A DNA stretch of 61,718 bases, filler included. It is 7 parts of 7 records of this genome, joined end to end, with 100 filler letters (N's around TTAATTAATTAA, not from the genome) between each part and the next. Parts side by side here need not be neighbours in the genome. Positions count along the whole stretch, not along the records: positions 40,329 to 50,365 come from SRR31156797_5314; positions 50,466 to 56,577 come from SRR31156797_5319; 5 more parts are not named here. One strand, 5' to 3'. The notes beneath the pieces were generated by a model that saw only the letters and a program-made list of their open reading frames with translations, was not told the DNA's origin and searched no databases. Positions within the stretch are counted from its first letter, which is position 1. Every line of letters begins with the position of its first letter. Position numbers and translations under genes: made by a program. Below, one piece after another: positions 40,329 to 50,550 of this stretch.

Positions 40329-43151
40329 AAACTTTTCCATCTCTGCAACATCTTTTTCTTTCCAGATTCCGGCCGATTCGTAACCATAAATAACTCCCTG
40401 GGGCTGATTGATAAACCATTCATTATTTATATCATCCTCGAAACCATTGGCAAGTTTAATAATTTTATCGTCCGACCAGGAACCATTTAAATTGGTTGAC
40501 CATCTAAACTTATTGGAGGCAATATTAATGGTATTCAATGTTAAATCAATGCCTTTATTTTTGGTTTCGCCAATGTTGTCGAAAGTTGTTGAATAGCCAG
40601 ATACAGAGGGGATTGACATTTTCATCAGTAAATCGGTTGTTCTGGATTTATACACATCTACAACTCCGTTAATACGTCCGTTAAATACAGAAAAGTCTAA
40701 ACCAACATTGTATTGGGTTGTTTTTTCCCAACCTAATTCCTGATTTGCCAGGACAGTGGAGGTTTTGGAGCCTGATACAGAGCCTGAACCTTGAGCATAA
40801 AATAAAGATGTTATACCTCCCTTAGTTGAATATGGATTAATGGCAGAGTTGCCGGTAATACCTACACCGGCACGCATTTTTAACTGATCTATCCATTTTA
40901 TTTCTTTTATAAAATTCTCATCTCCCATGCGCCACCCCAATGCTGCACTCGGGAAAAAAGTCCACTTATGCCCCTCTGTTAACTGACTTGCCCCGTCGTA
41001 TCTCCCGGTAACCGTTAACAGGTATTTCTGGTTGAGATTATAATTTATGCGAGCCATAAACGACATCAACTGTTTCTCGGCTACATTTGAACTCCAGTCT
41101 GAGAGGCTCACATTTTTTTGTGAAATTGCATTCCACTTTTGACTGGAGAAAGGAATGTTACTGGCAGACATATAGCTGTCTTCGTAATTAGACGCTGTCT
41201 GACTTTGAAGGATAGTTACTCCAATAGTATGTTTTTCAAAACTTTTATCGTAGTAAAGCAGGTTGTCTAAAGTATAGCTAAAAGTTTGGCTCTTTAATAA
41301 TGAAGCGAAATTTGAACCAGTCCTAATGACTGACATTCCATCCAGGTATATGCCATCGCGATAAGTTGAAAAATCGGGGCCAAAATTTATCCGATACCTC
41401 AGCCCATCCAGTTTGGAAAAAATTGTTCCCAAATCTATTGTACCGTAAAAGCTCATCATTATTCGATATGTAGTTCTTTGGTCCTGAGAATATTTCCATT
41501 CATCAACCACTGTTTTCACAGCATTGTCACCACCTGGATATTCAACCCGGTTACCATCAGAATCATAAGGAAGTGTGTACCTGAAAATCATTCGGGCGGT
41601 TTGGTATAATCCTGATTTTTTGACCAGACTGTTTCGTCCAACCGTTGACTGCCCGAATTCATTTACACTATTGCTTCCATTTATATGGCCTCCTAAAGAA
41701 AACCAATTATTTGGTGTAATATCAAAACTGGTGTTAAAAACATAACGCTTAAGACTCTGACCTTTTACTGTGCCAATGTTGTCAATATAGCTAAAGGAAA
41801 CATATCTGTTCATCTTATTATTTCCGCCACTTACACTTAAAGTATGTTCATGTGTCAGGCCAGTACGCGTTACGATGGATGTCCAATCGGTTGTTGTTAA
41901 TTTTGAGGGATCCCATATTCCGGAACTCCAACCTTTCTTTATATTCGACCATGCAGTAGGATCTGATGATCCCAGAAATATCAAATAGTCATTTTCAATA
42001 GTTGGCTCATCGGCACGGGGGTATAGTGTCGGATTTGAATAATATTTTGCCCATCGGCGCCATTCAATATAATCACCAGCATTCATTATTTTGCTGTCAT
42101 CCTGCAAAGTCTCAATGGTCATCCTTCCATTATAGCTCAGCTTCATTTTTCCTTTTTTCCCCTTTTTAGTTGTAATAAGAATTACACCATTGGCACCACG
42201 CGAACCATAAATGGCGGTTGCAGAAGCATCCTTCAAAATATCAATCGTCTCAATATCGTTAGTACTCAGGTTGTCAATACCTCCCAGTATTACGTTTTGG
42301 TCTTCATCTACCAGGTTGGTTACCAGTGGGATGCCGTCGACAACATACAGGGGGGCATTGGATGCAGTTAAAGAACGAACACCACGGATATAGATATTTC
42401 CAATTTGCCCAGGGCGTTCGCTTGATGTGACATCAATGCCGGCAGCTTTTCCTTGCATTGCCTGAATAACATTGGTAACAAGCCGCGATGTAATCTCGTT
42501 GGCATCTACACTTACCAAAGCTCCGGTAACGTCTGACTTTCGTTGGACTCCATAACCAATTGCCACTACTTCTTCTAATCCAATATCTTCAATAAACATG
42601 GTAACATTGATTAGGATTTTCGAACCTATCTTTATTTCCTGTGGTTTCATTCCGACAAATGAAAATTGAAGAAGGTCATCAGTTGAAACATTGGTAATAT
42701 TGTAATTCCCGTTAATGTCGGTAATTGTGCCCCTTGTAGTATTTTTTATCAATACCGTAACCCCAGGTAGCGGCTCCCCATTGTAGGCTGTTACTCTACC
42801 ACTTACACGTGTCTGCTTTTTAATCAGAAAATAATCTCCTGAGTCTTTATCAGGAATTGTTAATAATATAAAGCGGTCTTTTACTTTGTAGGTGACGTTT
42901 GTTCCCTTAAATATTTCGTCGAGTACATCAGCTATTTTTTTATTATTAGCTGTGATGGTTATTGTTCTATTTACGTCTATAATTTTTTCACTGTACATGA
43001 AGTAGAATTCGCTTTGCGCTTCAATATCCAGCAATACTTCTTTAACAGTTGCATTCGTTAAATTGATATTTAACAATTTTGATTGCGAATAGGATTTTAC
43101 TGCAAATTGACTTGCAACAATGAAAAGCACGAAAAAGACAGTACGTTCCAT
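40329..43151 (-). CDS. SusC/RagA-family TonB-linked outer-membrane transporter with N-terminal STN domain (3' truncated)
   Basis: EEVVAIGYG, PLYVVDGIP, ILKDASATAIYGSRGANGVILITTKKG, LGWEKTTQYNVGLDF. Confidence 0.95.
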
Positions 43152-43452
43152 AAGTTTAATTAATTTTCACAACCTTAAGATTGTTCCAATCCCAGCGTTA
43201 ATAATAGTTAGGCGCATGTTCTATTACACAATGATAAAAAAAAAGAATAATAAAAATCGCATATTTGTAGCATAATTTAAAGCGCAGTTGGGAGATAAAT
43301 TCTAGAAATAGAACTACTAATTCGGATTTTAAAAATGCTTTTATTCGCAGGAATGAATATTTTCGACAGCAACTTTCTAAAATTATTTTTTACTAAAACT
43401 TCCCGAAACACTGCGCAACGAAATCTTGTATTGTTTGTAAAATAAACCGTTT

Positions 43453-43493
43453 AAAAACACAAATGGGAACCATTCTTGACGAATAGTTCCCAT
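43453..43493 (-). terminator. Rho-independent terminator ending the candidate ncRNA
   Basis: ATGGGAACTATTC-GTCAA-GAATGGTTCCCAT followed by TTGTGTTTTT. Confidence 0.8.
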
Positions 43494-43980
43494 CCACGTT
43501 CAAGTAACCGAGGTTACTCTTTCGCGCCAGGCTACGGTTATTGCGACCGGCTTTTGCTTTTTCTTTCGAATCTGCTTTTGCCCCTGACTTTCCGGTTCGA
43601 CTTACTATGGCCAAACCTTAGAGCCGTTCTTTTGGTATACGCGCTTACCTTCCTGAACGAAGTGTTACTCAGTGTATTCGGTTTGTCCCGAGGGATGTCT
43701 CCTTTCCAACCAATGTTTTCGAGTTGCCTCTTATGCATTGTGCAGTTTTACAGCTGAAACCTTGGTCTCTGTGCTTCCTGCCTGATAACCCAATCTTGAA
43801 AGAACTTCTGGATTTTCTTTCAGATGATTGCCTGAATCTTTACATTCCAGATTGTAGGATTCAAACTTCGGCTTTTTCGTTACGCCTTCCCGGGGGAAGG
43901 GGTGAATTGGTTTTTGTTTCAGCTAAGAAACATTTCCCTTTTCCATAATTTCAAAGCAGCCTTTTATCGCTCACCTGATG
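43453..43980 (-). ncRNA. Candidate large (~525 nt) structured non-coding RNA
   Basis: Own Bacteroidota promoter and terminator, no credible ORF, long-range helices, many hairpins and GNRA loops; family not identified. Confidence 0.7.
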
Positions 43981-43983
43981 ATT

Positions 43984-44014
43984 CAAATGTACAACGAAAA
44001 ATGAAATATGCAAG
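43984..44014 (-). promoter_or_regulatory. Bacteroidota primary-sigma promoter (-33/-7)
   Basis: CTTG-19nt-TACATTTG matches TTTG-(19-21)-TAnnTTTG. Confidence 0.75.
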
Positions 44015-44099
44015 TGATATTCAATGCTTTGTATTCACTATGAATTAACTATGGTTATCAACAATTGTTAATAAGATCGTTTAGTCTTTTATCAAAGGC

Positions 44100-45236
44100 T
44101 TATGATAAGCGGTTTTTGTAATCCTCGTAAGTAAACCTTCTTACTATCTCAAGTTTGTTGTCTTGGTTCCAAATTCCAATTGCCGGGTGGTTTACGCCGT
44201 TAAACATGGTTGTTTTAACCATGGTGTAATGAATCATGTCCAGAAAAACAATACGTTCACCAATTTTTAATTCCCGCCCAAAATCATAGGTTTCCATAAA
44301 ATCGCCGGCCAAACAACTTCCACCTCCCAAGCGGTAAAGGTGCATACTTTCGGGTTTAGGATCAAGGGCTCCAATTATTTTTGGGCGGTAAGGCATTTCA
44401 AGTGTGTCGGGCATGTGAGCAGTAAAGGATACATCAAGAATTGCTGTTTTTACTCCTTTGTGTTCAACAATATCTTGAATTGTGGATACCAATACGCCTG
44501 TTTTCCATGCAAAAGCACTTCCTGGCTCCAGTATAATTTCAAGCTTGTATTTATTTTTAAAACTCTTAAGTAGTTTAATAAGGTGGTTGTGGTTGTAGCC
44601 TTTACGTGTCATTAAATGGCCTCCACCCATATTAATCCAATTTGCTTGATGGAGGTATTTTTCAAACTTTTCTTCCAGTTTTTTCAGTACGTTTTCAAGG
44701 CTGTAAGAATCAGATTCGCACAGTACATGAAAATGTAATCCTTCTATGCCCTCTGGTAATTCTGATGGCATTACATTAATGTCAACTCCCAACCTCGATC
44801 CTGGGGCACTGGGGTTGTACAAATCCGTTTCAACATCTGAAAATTCGGGATTAATTCTTATTCCACAAGAAACAGGGTGATTTGCTTTTTTTACTTTTCC
44901 GTAATATTTCTCGAATTGAGCAAAGGAGTTAAATGTAACGTGGCTGGAATACCTCAAAATCTCATCGATTTCATTTTCGTTGTAAACAGGGGCATAAACA
45001 TGAGCTTTTGTTTTCATTTCTTCGAAACATAAGCGTGCTTCGAATAAGGAGCTGGCTGTGGCACCATGAATGTATTCCCTGACAATGGGGAAAGCACTCC
45101 ACATGGCAAAACCTTTAAAGGCAAGAAGAATTTGAATTCCTGCCTCATTCTGAATACGCCGAATGAGTTCCAGGTTATTCCGAAGTAATTTTTCGTCGAG
45201 TACGTAGGCCGGGGAAGGAATTTCTGAATAGTTCAT
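44100..45236 (-). CDS. nspC: Carboxynorspermidine/carboxyspermidine decarboxylase
   Basis: PSPAYVLDE, LAFKGFA, TASSLFEARL, YNPSAPGSRLG, NMGGGHL, HMPDTLEMPYRP, HYTMVKTTMFNG. Confidence 0.95.
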   Translation of the reverse strand: MNYSEIPSPAYVLDEKLLRNNLELIRRIQNEAGIQILLAFKGFAMWSAFPIVREYIHGATASSLFEARLCFEEMKTKAHVYAPVYNENEIDEILRYSSHVTFNSFAQFEKYYGKVKKANHPVSCGIRINPEFSDVETDLYNPSAPGSRLGVDINVMPSELPEGIEGLHFHVLCESDSYSLENVLKKLEEKFEKYLHQANWINMGGGHLMTRKGYNHNHLIKLLKSFKNKYKLEIILEPGSAFAWKTGVLVSTIQDIVEHKGVKTAILDVSFTAHMPDTLEMPYRPKIIGALDPKPESMHLYRLGGGSCLAGDFMETYDFGRELKIGERIVFLDMIHYTMVKTTMFNGVNHPAIGIWNQDNKLEIVRRFTYEDYKNRLS

Positions 45237-45304
45237 GTTGCAATGAAAATAAAGCAGAGAGTAAGTAAAGTAATACTTTACTCTCTGTTTTTAATATCTG
45301 GTAT

Positions 45305-46498
45305 TTACATTTCCAGGTTGCCATTTATTTCTTCGTTCCAGGGGAGGCCAAACTCGCCAATGCGTTCCATGAATGGATCCGGATCAAACTCTTCTACATT
45401 AAATACTCCTTTGCCTTGCCATTTATTGGTTAAAACCAACATGGCACCTAGCATGGCCGGAACTCCGGTTGTGTATGAAACACCTTGTGTTCCGGTTTCT
45501 TCAAATGCTTTTTGGTGGCTGCAATTGTTCCAAACGTAATAGGTTTTCTCTTTCCCGTCCTTAATGCCTTTTATTCGGCAACCAATTGATGTTTCGCCAG
45601 TGTAATTATCGCCCAAATCGCCAGGGTTAGGAAGTACTTCTTTTAAAAACTCCAATGGAATTATGTCAACACCTTTATAATTTACAGGGTCAATTCGACT
45701 CATACCAATATTCTGGATAACACGAAGGTGGGTAAGGTATTCTTGTCCGAAGGTCATCCAAAAACGCGCTTGTTTTAGACTGGGGAAGTTTTTTGTGAGT
45801 GATTCCAGTTCTTCGTGGTACAATACGTACGAGTCGCGCTGACCAATATTGGGATAGCTAAGCTCCTTTTTTATTTCGAAAGGCTTGGTTTCAACCCATT
45901 TGCCATCTTGCCAATAGCGGCCATTCTGAGTAATCTCGCGAATATTGATTTCAGGATTGAAATTGGTAGCAAAGGCTTTACCATGGTCGCCCCCGTTGCA
46001 ATCAACAATGTCGAGGTAATGCATTTCATCAAATTGATGTTTAGCAGCGTGTGCTGTATAGATACTTGTTACTCCGGGATCGAATCCACATCCAAGAACT
46101 GCCATAATTCCTTTTTCCTTAAACCGATCGTGGTAAGCCCATTGCCAACTGTACTCAAACCTGGCTTCGTCCTTTGGTTCGTAGTTGGCCGTATCCAGAT
46201 AATGAACTCCGGTTTCAAGGCAGGCATCCATTATTGGTAAATCCTGGTAGGGAAGAGCCACATTAATTACCAGCTTGGGTTGAAACTTTTTGATTAAGGC
46301 AACAGTTTCGCTTACATTGTCGGCATCCAGTTGGGCTGTTTTAATTCTGCCTTGTCCCACTTCTTTTGCAATAACTTCGCATTTCGATACAGTACGACTA
46401 GCCAGCATTATTTCTGAAAAAACTTCAGGATTATTGGCACATTTGCTGGCAACAACACGTCCAACTCCACCGGCCCCAATAATTAATACTTTACTCAT
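45305..46498 (-). CDS. Carboxynorspermidine synthase/dehydrogenase (saccharopine dehydrogenase family)
   Basis: IIGAGGVG, NVALPYQDL, YLDTANYEP, GCGFDPGVT, ATNFNPEINIRE; adjacent to nspC. Confidence 0.93.
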   Translation of the reverse strand: MSKVLIIGAGGVGRVVASKCANNPEVFSEIMLASRTVSKCEVIAKEVGQGRIKTAQLDADNVSETVALIKKFQPKLVINVALPYQDLPIMDACLETGVHYLDTANYEPKDEARFEYSWQWAYHDRFKEKGIMAVLGCGFDPGVTSIYTAHAAKHQFDEMHYLDIVDCNGGDHGKAFATNFNPEINIREITQNGRYWQDGKWVETKPFEIKKELSYPNIGQRDSYVLYHEELESLTKNFPSLKQARFWMTFGQEYLTHLRVIQNIGMSRIDPVNYKGVDIIPLEFLKEVLPNPGDLGDNYTGETSIGCRIKGIKDGKEKTYYVWNNCSHQKAFEETGTQGVSYTTGVPAMLGAMLVLTNKWQGKGVFNVEEFDPDPFMERIGEFGLPWNEEINGNLEM

Positions 46499-46608
46499 TT
46501 TTAATCAGATTATTAAACGATAACATCAATAAATATTAGTCCTATTTGTTGTATTTTCGCAGAAATTATAGTCTGCAAAAAAGCAAGACAAATTAAGCAT
46601 TTTTTTCA

Positions 46609-47637
46609 ATGAAAAATACTTCTGTAAATAAAGATTTTGATCCCAATGCTGTTGGTGTAAAAAATGGAAATTTTATTGGACTTCCTTTTTCGCAAGAAAC
46701 GGCCGAGGTGGTTTTATTGCCTGTTCCCTGGGATGTTACTGTTTCGTACCGCGAAGGAACAGCCTTGGCTCCAAAGGCTATCCTTGAGGCGTCATCGCAG
46801 CTAGATCTTTTTGATTTAGATGTAAAAGATGCCTGGAAGCGTGGAATTTTCTTTATGCAAATAAACGAGGAGGTGTTAGAAATAAGGAATAAAATGCGGC
46901 CTCTGGCATCGGCTTATATTTCATTTTTGGAACATGGCGGAAACCTGTCGGACAATAAGGAAATGAAAGCTGCTCTGGAAGAATGTAATTTACAATGTGA
47001 GGCCTTAAATTATTTCGTTTACCGGGAAACAATGGAGTTGATTAAGACAGATAAGGTTGTAGGCTTGGTTGGTGGCGATCATAGTGTTCCTCTTGGTTAT
47101 TTAAAGGCGCTGTCAGAGAAATATGAGCGTTTTGGTGTATTGCATATCGATGCACATATGGATTTAAGGAATGCTTACGAAGGGTTTACTTATTCGCATG
47201 CTTCTGTATTTTATAATGCTATGCAATTGCCCGAAATAAAAAAACTTAAGCAAGTTGGGATTAGAGACTTTTGTGATGAAGAATTCGAATTTGTACAAAA
47301 GGATGACCGGGTAGATGTTTTTTTTAATCAGGAGTTAAAAAGTGATCAGTTTAAAGGTGTTGTTTGGAATGATCAGTGCGAGGAAATAATCGCGGATTTG
47401 CCCGGAAATGTATATGTTAGCTTAGATGTGGATGGACTGGATCCGAAACTTTGTCCGAATACCGGAACACCTGTGCCCGGAGGACTGGAATTTGATCAGT
47501 TAACTTTTCTTTTAAAGAAGATAGTTGAAAGTGGCCGGAGAATTATTGGATTTGATGTTTGCGAAACAGCAAATAACGAATGGGATGCAAGTGTTGCCGC
47601 AAGGCTTATTTATAAACTTTGTAGTTTGGCCGGTTAA
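46609..47637 (+). CDS. speB: Agmatinase (ureohydrolase family)
   Basis: GGDHS, DAHMD, SLDVDGLDP, TGTPVPGG; lies between arginine decarboxylase and the CANS genes. Confidence 0.85.
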   Translation: MKNTSVNKDFDPNAVGVKNGNFIGLPFSQETAEVVLLPVPWDVTVSYREGTALAPKAILEASSQLDLFDLDVKDAWKRGIFFMQINEEVLEIRNKMRPLASAYISFLEHGGNLSDNKEMKAALEECNLQCEALNYFVYRETMELIKTDKVVGLVGGDHSVPLGYLKALSEKYERFGVLHIDAHMDLRNAYEGFTYSHASVFYNAMQLPEIKKLKQVGIRDFCDEEFEFVQKDDRVDVFFNQELKSDQFKGVVWNDQCEEIIADLPGNVYVSLDVDGLDPKLCPNTGTPVPGGLEFDQLTFLLKKIVESGRRIIGFDVCETANNEWDASVAARLIYKLCSLAG

Positions 47638-47872
47638 GGTGCTAATTTCAATCTAAGCACCGGTTTAAAGTACCAGCAAGTTCTTTTCGATTACTTTTTT
47701 GACGTGAAAAACCGATGTAACAAATAGCTTTTATCTTTTTTATCTCAATCGAATTATTATTCAGAAAAAATGTTTTTATTTGCGAAATGACAAAAACACT
47801 GTAGGCTGGCTTTTAGAGTGACTGTAAATCAGTGTTGTAGTTGAAATAAATAACACTTTTATGGTTGAATAA

Positions 47873-49288
47873 ATGAAAAATAGCTATTTTGATTTGATTG
47901 AGCAAAGCTACTACTTTCCTCAAGAGGGCTTTGATTTAAGGGATAATTCACTAACCTTTCATGGTATCTCCTTAAAGTATCTGATTAAAAAATATGGGAC
48001 TCCGTTCAGGTTTATCTATTTGCCAAAAATTGGAGAACAAATCAAAAAATCGCGCAACCTTTTTAATAAGGCCATAAAAAAGAACAACTACAAAGGCAAG
48101 TATTTCTACTGCTACTGTACCAAGTGTAACCACTTTTCGCATGTAATCAACGAGGCATTAAAACACAATGTAAATCTCGAAACTTCTTCTTCGTACGATA
48201 TCGACCTTATCTTATATTTGTTTAAAGATGGAAAAATAGACAAGGATCGGAAGATTATCCATAACGGGTACAAGACCCAGGAGTATATGACAAAAATAAT
48301 CGAGTTGCAACGGCTGGGCTTTGATAACAATATTATTGTGCTCGATAGTATAAACGAATTGGCGAGGCTGGAAGAGTTGGCAAACGGCGATTCTTTAAAA
48401 ATTGGTATCCGAATGGCCATTAACGAAGAGTCGCAGTCTGCTTATCATACCTCTCGCCTGGGCATCAGGCATACAAAGATTCTCGAATTCTTTAACGAAA
48501 AAATTAAGGGAAAAGAGAATATCCAATTAAAAATGCTTCATTTTTTTGTTGATACCGGCATTAAAGACAGCCTGTATTTCTGGGGCGAATTTCAAAAAGC
48601 ACTAAAACTTTATATCGACCTTAAAAAACAAAGCAAGAACCTTGATTCGTTTAATCTTGGTGGAGGCTTTCCTATTCGTAATCACCTGGGCTTTGAGTAC
48701 AATTACGAATATATGATTAAAGAAATTATTTCGAATATAAAGGATGCCTGCACCGCCGAAAATATTCCGGATCCTGATATTTATACCGAATTTGGGAAAT
48801 ACACGGTGGGCGAAAGCGGCGCAATAATTTTTGAAGTACTGGAGCAAAAGCAACAAAACGATACCGAAAGCTGGTACATTGTAAACAACAGTTTAATGAA
48901 TACTATTCCTGATGCCTGGTCAATTTTCGAAAAGTTTATTTTACTTCCTATAAACAAATGGGATAATGAATATAAACGAGTAAACATTGGGGGGATTAGT
49001 TGCGATCATTCTGATTATTACAACTCGGAAGATTTTAACCAGGAGGTACTTTTGCCTGCTTATTTGGAAGAGGATAAAGAATCCCTTTACCTGGGCTTTT
49101 TTCATACCGGTGCATACCAGGATGCAATTAGCGGATATGGCGGAATTAAGCACTGCCTGATACCATCGCCCAAACATGTTATTATCGATCGCGATGAAAA
49201 GGGTAATTTTATCGACTATGTTTATCGTAATGAACAATCGGCAGAAGAAATGTTTAAAATTTTAGGGTATAGTAAAGAAGAAGAATAG
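47873..49288 (+). CDS. speA: Arginine decarboxylase (short Bacteroidota type)
   Basis: Alanine-racemase-fold PLP decarboxylase motifs YCTK, SRLG, HFF, NLGGG, TEFGKY, SCD, TGAYQ; polyamine context. Confidence 0.88.
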   Translation: MKNSYFDLIEQSYYFPQEGFDLRDNSLTFHGISLKYLIKKYGTPFRFIYLPKIGEQIKKSRNLFNKAIKKNNYKGKYFYCYCTKCNHFSHVINEALKHNVNLETSSSYDIDLILYLFKDGKIDKDRKIIHNGYKTQEYMTKIIELQRLGFDNNIIVLDSINELARLEELANGDSLKIGIRMAINEESQSAYHTSRLGIRHTKILEFFNEKIKGKENIQLKMLHFFVDTGIKDSLYFWGEFQKALKLYIDLKKQSKNLDSFNLGGGFPIRNHLGFEYNYEYMIKEIISNIKDACTAENIPDPDIYTEFGKYTVGESGAIIFEVLEQKQQNDTESWYIVNNSLMNTIPDAWSIFEKFILLPINKWDNEYKRVNIGGISCDHSDYYNSEDFNQEVLLPAYLEEDKESLYLGFFHTGAYQDAISGYGGIKHCLIPSPKHVIIDRDEKGNFIDYVYRNEQSAEEMFKILGYSKEEE

Positions 49289-49379
49289 GTAAAGCTTTAT
49301 TTTCTGGTTAATGGTTAAAATCCTGCGGCCAATATACATCGGGATTATTGCAGCTGCATTTTCTATAGATCTCTTTTTT

Positions 49380-49443
49380 AGTCCGGAGACCGAAGTTTTG
49401 AAATATACATTGGATATTTTTCTTCCGTCTTCTGACTTCCGGT
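49380..49443. repeat. Imperfect inverted repeat built from ~7-nt units
   Basis: AGTCCGGAGACCGAAG (49380-49395) vs CTTCCGTCTTCTGACT (49422-49437), 13/16 complementary. Confidence 0.45.
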
Positions 49444-49604
49444 CAAATCATAATTGTTTAGTCGAATTTCATTCGAAATTTCAGCCTGTCTATCTCCAAT
49501 GCATAGAGGTTTAGTTTATTAGCTGAACTAAACTTTATTTCAGAATACTCAACATTTTTTCCGATTCTCTGTTTTTCTTTTCAACTAATCTTTAAAAGAA
49601 GAGC

Positions 49605-50171
49605 ATGTTGCTTAGCGAAATTATTAAAAACAGAAGAGCTGTACCGCCGCGTTTATTTGCCAGGAGTGAAGTTAAGAAAGAAATCATAGCAGAATTGCTT
49701 GAACTTGCTAACTGGGCACCGAATCATAAGAAAACAGAACCCTGGAGGTTTAAGGTTTATACCGGCAATGCAAAGGTTCAGCTAGCCATGAAGGCTAAAA
49801 ATATTCTAAAGCAAAAAATGGAAGAGGGCTACCCGGTGGCTCCTGATAAACTTGAGAAATTTTCATCGACATTAGAAAGAGTTCCGGTGGTAATTGCTAT
49901 AATTTTGCAACGCGATGCAGCTGAACGTTTACCCGAATGGGAAGAGGTTGCTGCCGTGTCGATGGGGGTACAAAACATGTGGCTGAGAGCTACCGAATTA
50001 GATCTGGCTGCATTTTGGGCAACACCCTTTTTTATTGAGCTTTTTAACGAGTTGTTGGAAATTGAAGAAGGGCAAAAATCACTTGGGTTCTTTTATGTTG
50101 GGCAAGTAATGATGGATTACCCTTCGCCAGGAAGGGGCGATGTAAATGACAAGGTTGAGTGGAAGAGTTAG
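49605..50171 (+). CDS. Nitroreductase family protein (YdjA-like)
   Basis: IKNRRAV, ANWAPNHKKTEPWRF, VQNMWLRATEL. Confidence 0.9.
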   Translation: MLLSEIIKNRRAVPPRLFARSEVKKEIIAELLELANWAPNHKKTEPWRFKVYTGNAKVQLAMKAKNILKQKMEEGYPVAPDKLEKFSSTLERVPVVIAIILQRDAAERLPEWEEVAAVSMGVQNMWLRATELDLAAFWATPFFIELFNELLEIEEGQKSLGFFYVGQVMMDYPSPGRGDVNDKVEWKS

Positions 50172-50259
50172 TTTAAAGTTCAGATATTAAACAAAAAAGA
50201 GACCGAAGTTTTATGTAATCATATCGCTCCGGTCTTATTTATAAGGTTTTTTCCCGCAC

Positions 50260-50365
50260 CTATTTTATATGCTCTAGCACATCCACTAAGTGCTTCCAGA
50301 ATTTCTCTGTAGTTTCAATATCCAGTCGTTCGTCAGGTGAATGTGCTCCGCGAATGGTTGGTCCA
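50260..50365 (-). CDS. pepD: Aminoacyl-histidine dipeptidase (M20C), extreme C-terminus
   Basis: Manual translation GPTIRGAHSPDERLDIETTEKFWKHLVDVLEHIK*. Confidence 0.8.
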
Positions 50366-50465
50366 NNNNNNNNNNNNNNNNNNNNNNNNNNNNNNNNNNN
50401 NNNNNNNNNTTAATTAATTAANNNNNNNNNNNNNNNNNNNNNNNNNNNNNNNNNNNNNNNNNNNN
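50366..50465. other. Artificial contig spacer
   Basis: N44-TTAATTAATTAA-N44. Confidence 0.99.
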
Positions 50466-50520
50466 AAACTCCTATGTTTGCCCAGTCTTTAAAATACTTA
50501 AGTTTACAAGTATAATTCAT
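50466..50520 (-). CDS. Start of an unidentified CDS cut by the contig end
   Basis: GAGG-N6-ATG, MNYTCKLKYFKDWANIGV, directly downstream of the dehydrogenase. Confidence 0.4.
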
Positions 50521-50550
50521 AAATTGCCTCTACATATTTGAGGTATGATT

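Noticed and set aside
43580-43635. GGAAAGUC and AGAACGGCUC resembling RNase P conserved regions in reversed order (permuted RNase P idea)
   Set aside because: The P4 helix cannot form beyond about 4 bp and other conserved regions are not evident
43393-43948. Four short ORFs (66-93 aa) in the susC-nspC gap
   Set aside because: Mutually overlapping, atypical composition and no homology cues; better explained by a structured RNA
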